In this document: in pieces, positions 40,638-48,439 of the stretch
Layout of the letters: every line of letters begins with the position of its first letter
How positions within the stretch are numbered: position 1 is the stretch's first letter
Assembly: GCA_041640595.1 (NCBI GenBank)
Contig: JBEPZY010000001.1
Location: forward strand, 160,001-224,000
Length of the DNA: 64,000 nt
From: Gemmatales bacterium
GTDB lineage: Bacteria > Planctomycetota > Planctomycetia > Gemmatales > HRBIN36
Reading direction: 5' to 3'
Translations under genes and position numbers: made by a program
The notes under the pieces: generated by a model
The model's database searches: none
What the model saw: only the letters and a program-made list of their open reading frames with translations
Told to the model about the DNA's origin: nothing

Positions 40638-41426
40638 TTAGCCGAGGAGCTTTCGCAGAAACCGCAAGCCCTCCTCGATATCCCGCCGGGCAGTGAGTCC
40701 TGGCTGACGTTTGAGGGCGAGCCAACCGCGATAGTCGGCGTCTCGCAAAGCGTTGAGCAAACCGACCCAGTCCACGTGGCCGTGCCCCAAGGGCACTTCC
40801 TGAGCCGGGTGCGTCCGCGAACCTCGTCGCGCTTCCCGGGCCTGCACATAACGCAGATGCGGATAAAGTTGGCCGACGGCCTCTTCCGGTTCAAAACCGT
40901 GGGCAATGAGCGTGGCCGGGTCGAGCAACACTCCCAAACCTTCCGATTGCCAGCGGTCGAGGAATTGTCGCCAGACCGTCGGAGGCGTGCTGCCGGTTTC
41001 CAGAGCCAGCACCGAACCGACACGCTCGCCGTAGCGTCCCAGCGTTTCCAGGGCATCCTGGAGCCAGCGTCGGCCGGGGGCATCTTCCTGTTCCGGCAAG
41101 GTGCCCGGGTCGAGTAAAACGATCCGGCTGCCGACATCGTAAGCCAGCTGCAGGGCCTTGCGGCACAGGTCGAGCCGTGCTTCCAGCCCTTCCGGCTCAT
41201 CCAGACCGCGTGATAAGGGGATGCGGATGCCAGCCGCGCTCAGCCAGTTGGCCTCCAGAATGTGGCGAAGCTCTTTGCGAGCGGACTGGCTGAGCTGGTC
41301 GGGAGCCAGTTCGCCGGTCGCTTCCCATTCGGCTCCCTGCACACCCCAGTCACGCAGACGTTTCACCGCCGTCCGGAAAGGTTCGGCCAGCGACGTTATA
41401 GACACTGCCAGACGGAACTGGTTCAT
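40638..41426 (-). CDS. Sugar phosphate isomerase/epimerase (xylose isomerase-like TIM barrel)
   Basis: LALET, LLDPA, EVPLGHGHVDW, DYRGW. Confidence 0.8.
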   Translation of the reverse strand: MNQFRLAVSITSLAEPFRTAVKRLRDWGVQGAEWEATGELAPDQLSQSARKELRHILEANWLSAAGIRIPLSRGLDEPEGLEARLDLCRKALQLAYDVGSRIVLLDPGTLPEQEDAPGRRWLQDALETLGRYGERVGSVLALETGSTPPTVWRQFLDRWQSEGLGVLLDPATLIAHGFEPEEAVGQLYPHLRYVQAREARRGSRTHPAQEVPLGHGHVDWVGLLNALRDADYRGWLALKRQPGLTARRDIEEGLRFLRKLLG

Positions 41427-41958
41427 GGCTTCCTCGCAAGCCAAAAATGGCGCTGACCGGCTGGGCGAGCTGGCGGAAGACCTCGCTGCTCAGGCTCACC
41501 GTATCCCAGCGCGGACTGCGCAGCCGCATGTGTTGTATGTACGCCTCCGCATAGATGCCGCACACAGCGTAAGCCTCGCCCTGCCAGGTCCAGGCATCGT
41601 ACCAATCCTGCGCGGTTTGTTGCGCTGCCCGACCACGTAAATGATAGACGAACACCAGCACGCTTCTGGCACTCAGTAACTGCCCCCAGGCTAGCAAACT
41701 GGTCGGGTCCTGGCGAGTGCACCAGCGTTCCCAGACCCGCCTGGGATGAGTTTCGTTGCCGCCGGGATAACGCCGCCCTTTCACATCCACCACATAGGCA
41801 CGACCCCTGCGGTCGTAAACGAGTAAGTCGGGACTTTTGACCAGTTGGCGGTTCACCACTCGCCGCTGGCTTTCATCCACGGGCAGGTAAGGCAGCTGAT
41901 GAAACCGCAGCCAGGCGACAAAGGCCCGTTCGTAACGGTTACCGCCGTCCATGATCAC
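41350..41958 (-). CDS. HYExAFE-family-like putative PD-(D/E)xK nuclease-fold protein
   Basis: NRYERAF N-terminal motif, KSPDLLV...VDVKGRR. Confidence 0.7.
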   Translation of the reverse strand: MIMDGGNRYERAFVAWLRFHQLPYLPVDESQRRVVNRQLVKSPDLLVYDRRGRAYVVDVKGRRYPGGNETHPRRVWERWCTRQDPTSLLAWGQLLSARSVLVFVYHLRGRAAQQTAQDWYDAWTWQGEAYAVCGIYAEAYIQHMRLRSPRWDTVSLSSEVFRQLAQPVSAIFGLRGSHEPVPSGSVYNVAGRTFPDGGETSA

Positions 41959-42396
41959 GTATCCTTGCCGGCCAAATCACCACTGCCGGGAGACCGAGCC
42001 TCCAGCCCGATTGTTCACCGCGGGAATTTTGTTCGCCGGTCGCAGTGCACGCCGACTGAGCCGGCTGGAGAAATATGTATGGCGACACATCGGAAACTTC
42101 CAGGCGACATCGGATAAGTGTTCCGATATGCCGCGTGCCTGTCAGTCCGCGCAAAACACCGTTCGACGCAAAACACACAACCTGACCCCTTCGCGCAAAG
42201 GTGCAAAAACTTTGCCAGCGTCGAAAAGTTTTTGGCACGGCGCGAAAATAGCAGCTTCCTATCCCGCAGCAGCCCGAAAAAATCGTTATTACCCGCTTGC
42301 CAGTCGCCTGTCAGCGCGGAACAATTGAATAGACCAGCGCGATCACGCCGATGGAAGATCAGGGCACTTGTCCGCAACAGGGAAAGAGGTGCAGCC

Positions 42397-42597
42397 ATGC
42401 CGTACTCTGACCATCGAGCCATGGTAGAGCGTGGTCGCAAAGCCGGGCTGCAGACTGCGGAGCTGTATCGAACCCTGGAGAATCGTCCGGTGCCCGCTCA
42501 CGAATTGGCCAACAGCATGGTGGACGAAAACGGTTACAGCGTGGCCATTCGTGCGGATGGGCGTATCAGCTACCGGCCCGGAAACGACCTGCGTTAG
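42397..42597 (+). CDS. Small hypothetical protein (66 aa)
   Basis: GAGGT RBS + ATG; protein-like sequence MPYSDHRAMVERGRKAGL...; converges on the next gene with overlapping stops. Confidence 0.6.
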   Translation: MPYSDHRAMVERGRKAGLQTAELYRTLENRPVPAHELANSMVDENGYSVAIRADGRISYRPGNDLR

Positions 42598-43790
42598 CGC
42601 CAGCCGGCCGCAATGATGGTCACGTCATCGGCTTGCGGCAACGGCTCGCGGAAACGCCGCAGGGTGTCGGCGAGCGTCGCCACGATGTTTTGCGGCGAGC
42701 TGCGCCCGATTTCGGCAAGGATTTGTTCTACCCGTGCAGCCCCGAAGAATTCATTGCTGGCGTTTCGCGCTTCCAGCACGCCATCGGTTACCAGCAACAG
42801 TCGGTCGCCCGGTTCGAGCGGCAACGACTGTTCCTGGTATTTCGCCTCAGCAGTTACGCCCAGAATCAAACCACGTGCCTCCAGCCGCTGGCACTGACCA
42901 GTTTGCGACCGAAACAGCCAGGGAGCAGGATGACCGGCACTGGCATAAGAGAGCTGCCCGGTCTGCCGATCCAGAACCGCGTAAAAAGCGGTTACGAAAT
43001 GCTCCTCGGTCAGGCCGTGCAGATACCGGTTCATCTGCGCCAGCAAAGCTGCCGGTTGGGTTGCCTGGCTGGTGCAACTCAAAAAGGTCGTATGGGCCAT
43101 GATCGCCACCATGGCTGCCGGGATACTATGGCCGGTAGCATCGGCAATGAGCATGCCCACAAACCGATCCTGGGAAACGGCGAAATTGTAATAATCCCCG
43201 CCCAACGGATCCACCGGCGCATACACCACCGCCACCTGCAGGTCGGGAAAGTTCGGAGGCGATTGCGGCAAAAGTCGGCTCTGAATTCGGCCGGCAATGG
43301 TCATGCTCAACCGGATTTCCTGATCCCGCTCCTCCAGTTGCCGGCACGCCTGACGTAATTCCTGCGTTCGCAGCTCGACTTGCCGATTGAGATATTCCAT
43401 GTAGCTGTCCAGTAAATCACGAGCGGTGACCAGTCCCACCAGCCGACCCGCTTCCACGACCGGTACATGGCGAACGTGCACGGTTTCCATCAACGATCGG
43501 GCCTGCTCCCAGCTGGATTGCGGCGAAACCGTCCACGGGTTGGGCGTCATTAATTCCCGCACCGGTTTCGCCAGCCAGCTGGAGTCCGGAGACCCGGCCA
43601 GATAACGCAATACATCCCGTTCGGTAAAGATGCCCAGTAACCGTTCCTGCTCGGCCACCAGCACCGCGCCGACGCGATGTTCGGCCATCCGGCGAATCGC
43701 TTCGCTGACGGCAGTTTCCGGCGTTACCGTAATGGGATTACGCACCATCACTTCGCCAACACTCAGAATGTAGCTCGCCGATGTGGACAT
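42594..43790 (-). CDS. CBS-pair + coiled coil + PP2C/SpoIIE (RsbU-type) phosphatase
   Basis: GIFTERD and GLVTARD CBS motifs; GGDYY, ADATGH, ASAGHP, TDG, DD; AGGAGG RBS favours start 43790 (alternative 43901 overlaps the CYTH stop). Confidence 0.9.
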   Translation of the reverse strand: MSTSASYILSVGEVMVRNPITVTPETAVSEAIRRMAEHRVGAVLVAEQERLLGIFTERDVLRYLAGSPDSSWLAKPVRELMTPNPWTVSPQSSWEQARSLMETVHVRHVPVVEAGRLVGLVTARDLLDSYMEYLNRQVELRTQELRQACRQLEERDQEIRLSMTIAGRIQSRLLPQSPPNFPDLQVAVVYAPVDPLGGDYYNFAVSQDRFVGMLIADATGHSIPAAMVAIMAHTTFLSCTSQATQPAALLAQMNRYLHGLTEEHFVTAFYAVLDRQTGQLSYASAGHPAPWLFRSQTGQCQRLEARGLILGVTAEAKYQEQSLPLEPGDRLLLVTDGVLEARNASNEFFGAARVEQILAEIGRSSPQNIVATLADTLRRFREPLPQADDVTIIAAGWR

Positions 43791-43897
43791 TAGGGCCTCC
43801 TGCGCTTGCTCAATCACCTGCCGGTCGCCTTTAGGCAGAGAGCATCGGATAAATTTGCTGGGGCCAGGTGGAGTTCCAAGTGGATCGCTGGGAGCGA

Positions 43898-44506
43898 TCA
43901 TTCCTGAGGCAACAGGTCATCGGGTGGGAGCCGCCGCAATTGTTCCAGAATCAACTCCAAGTAGGATCGCCGTTCGCTCTGCTGCAAGCCGAGCTCCTGA
44001 GCGAGCGATTGCAGGGCACGCCGGGCCGCTGTCAGTTCCGGCTGGCTGGCCCGCGTTTCCAGTTCCACAAACTGACCGAGCCGGCTGACGTTATCCAGAC
44101 ACACTTTCACCGCGTAACCCCGCCAGTCGAGTTCGTAAATCCGCCGTTCTTTGTACAAACCCACCACAATGTGATAGCCGAGGTGCTCCAACAGATCGCA
44201 GGCCTGTTCAAAGACGGCTGGAGACTTGAGTTCTACTTCGATCTCTTCGCGGGTTTTGCTGAGCGGGTCCAGGCGGGGGCCTTTATAGGTAAGCCAGAGC
44301 CGATTCGCTGTGCGTCGCAACCGTAATGCTTCGTCAGTTTTCGCGAAATCGCGATCCGGCGAAGCGAAATAAATATCTTGCTCGTGTTCCAGCCCCAGTT
44401 CGCGTGCGCCGAGCTGGTTCAGCCGTCGGACCACCGAAGCGGTATCGGTGAGCGGATATTTCAATTCCACTTCCAGGCTCGGTGAGTGGGCAGATTCCTG
44501 TGGCAC
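43898..44506 (-). CDS. cyaB: CYTH-domain protein (class IV adenylate cyclase CyaB-like)
   Basis: EVELK (ExExK), DIYF, ALRLR, TYKGP, REEIE, FVELE, SYLEL. Confidence 0.85.
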   Translation of the reverse strand: MPQESAHSPSLEVELKYPLTDTASVVRRLNQLGARELGLEHEQDIYFASPDRDFAKTDEALRLRRTANRLWLTYKGPRLDPLSKTREEIEVELKSPAVFEQACDLLEHLGYHIVVGLYKERRIYELDWRGYAVKVCLDNVSRLGQFVELETRASQPELTAARRALQSLAQELGLQQSERRSYLELILEQLRRLPPDDLLPQE

Positions 44507-44741
44507 AGCGTTGCCTCGATCGGTATTGCAGCCAGCCCGGTTGTTTTAGGAATCATTCGTTGCAACTTCACCAGCAGCGTCATCGCCTTGCCAGCTCCCA
44601 AGCGGGACGTTCCCGGTGCCGACGGTATCGTTCGCGCGGCCTCACCAACATCTTAGTCGTCTACGGCTTCCAGGAAAACAGCAGACGCAGCCGAACTGAC
44701 CGGTTCGGCATTGGTGTTTTGGTGCAGGGCGATGCTGCGTT

Positions 44742-44926
44742 GCGAAATGTGTGCCTGGCAATATGGGGAAAGGCGAAATGCGTGGTTCGCAAGACGGGGC
44801 GCCAAAATCTATGCTCGGCAATGCAGGCGGTAGGTAGCAGAAGCGATAGTCAGCGAGGCCATTGGCGCCAAAATCTATGCTCGGCGATGCAGGGACAGCC
44901 AAAATGTTTGCTTCGCAACGCGGGGG
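44742..44926. repeat. Degenerate tandem repeats of about 30 bp, including a near-identical 30-bp pair
   Basis: GGCGCCAAAATCTATGCTCGGC(A/G)ATGCAGG at 44798-44827 and 44864-44893; related units at about 44742, 44773 and 44898. Confidence 0.7.
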
Positions 44927-44933
44927 GCAGGCA

Positions 44934-45040
44934 CTACCAGTCCGCGGAGATGCACATCCATCCGGCGGAAACGCGCATCCACCCAGCGGACACAAGCATT
45001 CACCGGGAGGAGGCACTCACATCCACCAGGCGGAGTCGCG
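44934..45040. repeat. 21-bp degenerate minisatellite (about 5 units)
   Basis: CATCCATCCGGCGGAAACGCG / CATCCACCCAGCGGACACAAG / CATTCACCGGGAGGAGGCACT / CATCCACCAGGCGGAGTCGCG. Confidence 0.65.
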
Positions 45041-45048
45041 TATGCAAC

Positions 45049-45654
45049 CAAGAGCGCCGACCGTCAGCCCGCCGTGGTTCGTGCGGAGACGCCCGTGGAA
45101 TGCACCGCGACCAATGTCCGGCGCATAACGACTGCGGAACCAAGAGCGGCGGGCGTCAGCCCGCCGTGGGTTCTGTAGAGACGCGCTTGCCATGCACCGC
45201 GAACGATGTCCGGACACTGACGACTGCGGAACCAAGAGCGGCGGGCGTCAGCCCGCCGTGGTGCGTTAACGCAACTGCGATGGCGTTCGTGTACGGACGA
45301 CCGGCGGGCAGCCCCTGTGCGACGATTGTCGTGTTGCCGCTACAAGCGCGTTTCCGAAGCCACGGCTGGCTTACGCCAGCCGCTCTTCACCGCGTGAGCG
45401 GATGCCGTTGCAGATATGGGTTTTCCATCCGCAGCAGCGTTAGTTCCCCACGGCTGGCTTACGCCAGCCGCTCCTGGTTGTATGGCGTTTGTTCGGTGCG
45501 AAATGCGCAATTTGCGATGCACAGTCGAACATGGAACAAGAGCGGCGGGCGTCAGCCCGCCGTGGATGTGGTTGGGCGAATGTAATCCGCGATGTGCCGG
45601 AAACTCACTTGCAAGTGCGTTACACAAACCACGGCTGGCTTGCGTCAGCGGCTA
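45049..45654. repeat. Cluster of at least seven REP-like palindromic units (BIME-like mosaic)
   Basis: + units at 45049, 45141, 45233, 45537; - units at 45360, 45448, 45629 (degenerate); same consensus as the 26.5 kb cluster. Confidence 0.9.
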
Positions 45655-45738
45655 GCGGTCGCGGTATCGGCCAGTAAGCTAAGATCACTGACAGGGGCGG
45701 AGCAATCGGCTTTTGCAGACAACGGGGGAGACGACACC

Positions 45739-47325
45739 ATGCCTGCGACAGTGGTCTGGCTCGGTTTGGCCCTGCTTTCGCTGGTGGCGCAATCACCAGG
45801 CGCCACAGTTCCGGCGACGGCTGGCAGTCCGGAGTCCGCGATGGGTGACGAGTGGCCGTCGTGGGCGATGGCAGCGAACGGCAGGCTAACAAGCCCGGAC
45901 GCAAGCTCTCTCCGGGCTCACGCATGCCCGGCCCAGCCGGGAGTGCCGCCGGCCAGCGTGGGGTTACGGGTGCTGGTTCCGGCCAGCGTGTCGCCTGGCG
46001 AAACGGTAACCTGCCGCATCCGCGCTTATAACAATTCTCCCGTGACGGTGTATCAGGTCGAATTGCGTTGTCGGCTGGATTCGGGTGTGGAGTTGGCGGA
46101 CAGCGAACCGCAGGCTGAACAGCAGGGGTCGCAACTGGTCTGGCGGTTCGCGCAACTGCGTCCCGGCGAGGTTCGGGCATTCACGTTGCGGTTACGTCCC
46201 AGCGTGGCCGGGCCTATCCGAGTTTGTGCTCGCATTCGCTATGAGCATGGCGTGTGCGTCGAAACCACGGTACGTCCCGAAGCTGAACCGCCCGGCCAGC
46301 CGATCCTGGAATTGCACAAGGAAGGTCCGACTCAGGTTGTCCTTGATCAGAGCGTCGCGGTACGGTTGGTGATTCACAATCGCGGCTCGGCACCGGCAGA
46401 GGAAGTGGTCGTGGTGGACGAACTTCCCGAAGGTCTGGAGCACGCCGACGGTGGCCGGCGCCTGACCTTTTTCCTCGGACGTATCGCTCCCGGTCAGCAG
46501 CGGGTGGTGCAATATCAGCTGGTGGCCCGGCGTCCTGGGAACTGGACGAATCGGGCTACCGTGCGGGCGCGCGGCGGAATTGAGGCATTCGCCAGCCTGA
46601 CCATTACCGTCGCCGAGCCGAAACTGGCTGTGCATGTGGATGCACCAGCTCAGGCATTTTCCGGAACAGCCCTGCCTGTGCGCATCCGCGTAACCAATGC
46701 CGGAGCGGTGCCCCTGAACCAGGTGGCCGTGGAATATCGCATTCCCAGCGGGAGCACTGTGCTGGAAAGCCGCCCGGCAGGTACGGTCGGAACCAATGTG
46801 GTACGATGGACAATTCAGCAACTGCCCCCGCAAGAGGCGGTCAGCTTCACCGTGCAGCTGCGGCCGATGCAAGCTGGCACGGTCGAACACGTGGTAACCG
46901 CAGTTGCCGGAACGACTGTCGCCCGTGCCCGAGCGACCACGCAAGTGCTCGGTGCTACCGGCCTGCTGTTGGTCGTCGTGGACACGGATGACCCGGTGCT
47001 GGTGGGACAGGATACGCGCTATCACCTCATCGTTCGCAATCAGGGCAGTGCCGCGGCTACCAACATTCGTCTGCGGGTGCAGGTGCCGGAGGAATTCGCT
47101 ATCACCCGCGTTCAGGGGCCCAGCGACCATCAGCGCGACGGGCAGAAGATTTTGTTCGAGCCGCTGCATTTGCCGCCCAACACCGATCGCATTTACCGTA
47201 TCTACGTGCGCGCACTCAAACCTGGCGTGGTTCGCTTGCGGGTGGAGATGACCGCCGATCAGCTCCCTGCCGGCCCGGTGCGGGCGGAAGAAAGCACCAC
47301 CATCCTGGACGGTTCCGGTCAATAG
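45739..47325 (+). CDS. Secreted DUF11 repeat protein (OmcB-like Ig repeats)
   Basis: Signal peptide; repeated N.G...A..V.V.D.LP.G motifs; DTDDPVLVGQDTRY..IVRNQG. Confidence 0.8.
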   Translation: MPATVVWLGLALLSLVAQSPGATVPATAGSPESAMGDEWPSWAMAANGRLTSPDASSLRAHACPAQPGVPPASVGLRVLVPASVSPGETVTCRIRAYNNSPVTVYQVELRCRLDSGVELADSEPQAEQQGSQLVWRFAQLRPGEVRAFTLRLRPSVAGPIRVCARIRYEHGVCVETTVRPEAEPPGQPILELHKEGPTQVVLDQSVAVRLVIHNRGSAPAEEVVVVDELPEGLEHADGGRRLTFFLGRIAPGQQRVVQYQLVARRPGNWTNRATVRARGGIEAFASLTITVAEPKLAVHVDAPAQAFSGTALPVRIRVTNAGAVPLNQVAVEYRIPSGSTVLESRPAGTVGTNVVRWTIQQLPPQEAVSFTVQLRPMQAGTVEHVVTAVAGTTVARARATTQVLGATGLLLVVVDTDDPVLVGQDTRYHLIVRNQGSAAATNIRLRVQVPEEFAITRVQGPSDHQRDGQKILFEPLHLPPNTDRIYRIYVRALKPGVVRLRVEMTADQLPAGPVRAEESTTILDGSGQ

Positions 47326-47356
47326 TGTACAATAGCTCAGTTATGGCCGGAGGGGG

Positions 47357-48409
47357 ATGATGCGTGGACGTGGAACTGACGAGAATCCGCCCAACCGATT
47401 CGAGCCGCTGGTCTATGAACCACTTTCCGACCTGGCCGAGGAAGATCGCCCCGGGCCACGCACCCAGTTTTTCGTGGATCAGTCGCGGTCTTTGATTACC
47501 CGCAACGATAGCCCCGACGTCGGGTTCACCTACAGCATCAATCCGTACCGCGGTTGTGAACACGGCTGCATTTACTGTTTCGCCCGCCCGACGCATGAGT
47601 ATCTCGGCTGGTCGAGCGGTCTGGATTTCGAGACGAAAATTCTGGTCAAAACCGACGCTCCGCAATTGTTACGGCAGGAGCTTGCCTCACCCCACTGGCC
47701 CCGCGAAGTCCTGGCCATGAGCGGCGTAACTGACTGCTACCAGCCCATCGAACGCCAGCTGCGACTGACGCGGGCCTGCCTGGAAGTGTTGCTCGAATTC
47801 CGTCAGCCCGTGGCCGTGGTTACTAAAAACCATCTCGTCTGCCGCGATAAGGATTTGCTGGCAGCCCTGGCCGGTTACCAGGCGGTAGCGGTGTACATTT
47901 CCATCACCACCCTCGACCCGGAACTTGCTGGCCGCATGGAGCCGCGCACCTCTCGACCTGCCGCTCGACTGGCCGCCATTCGGGAACTTGCCGATGCCGG
48001 GATTCCCGTTGGTGTGCTTACTGCCCCGATTATTCCGGGCCTCAACGACCACGAGATTCCCGCGATTCTGCGAGCGGCGGCCGAACACGGTGCCCGTTTC
48101 GCTGGCTACATCGTCTTACGCTTGCCCTATGCCCTGAAGGAACTTTTCGATTCCTGGTTGAAGCGACACTATCCCGAACGTCGGGAAAAAGTGTTGAGCC
48201 GACTCCGCGAACTGCGTGGCGGAAAACTATACGACGCGCGATGGGGAACGCGGATGACCGGCACCGGGCCGATCGCGGAGGCCATCGCTTCGCTGTTTCG
48301 CGTTGCTGCTCGCCAGACCGGTCTGGATAACCCCGCGCCGCACCTCTCCGCCGCCCATTTTCGTGTCCCCGGCCAATCTCGCCAACCCAACCTGTTTCCC
48401 CCTGGCTGA
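47357..48409 (+). CDS. PA0069 family radical SAM protein (SplB-related)
   Basis: INPYRGCEHGCIYCFAR, TDCYQP, MEPRT, APIIPGLNDHE. Confidence 0.9.
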   Translation: MMRGRGTDENPPNRFEPLVYEPLSDLAEEDRPGPRTQFFVDQSRSLITRNDSPDVGFTYSINPYRGCEHGCIYCFARPTHEYLGWSSGLDFETKILVKTDAPQLLRQELASPHWPREVLAMSGVTDCYQPIERQLRLTRACLEVLLEFRQPVAVVTKNHLVCRDKDLLAALAGYQAVAVYISITTLDPELAGRMEPRTSRPAARLAAIRELADAGIPVGVLTAPIIPGLNDHEIPAILRAAAEHGARFAGYIVLRLPYALKELFDSWLKRHYPERREKVLSRLRELRGGKLYDARWGTRMTGTGPIAEAIASLFRVAARQTGLDNPAPHLSAAHFRVPGQSRQPNLFPPG

Positions 48410-48439
48410 ATGCAACGGCATCGTGGAACAGACGCTCTA

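Noticed and set aside
44482..45585. 367-aa ORF across the repeat region
   Set aside because: It is a translation of GC-rich repeats with no RBS or recognisable domain, and it overlaps the start of the CYTH gene on the other strand.
45049..45654. REP cluster as a CRISPR array
   Set aside because: Units occur in both orientations, the roughly 60-bp linkers are homologous to each other, and no cas genes are present.
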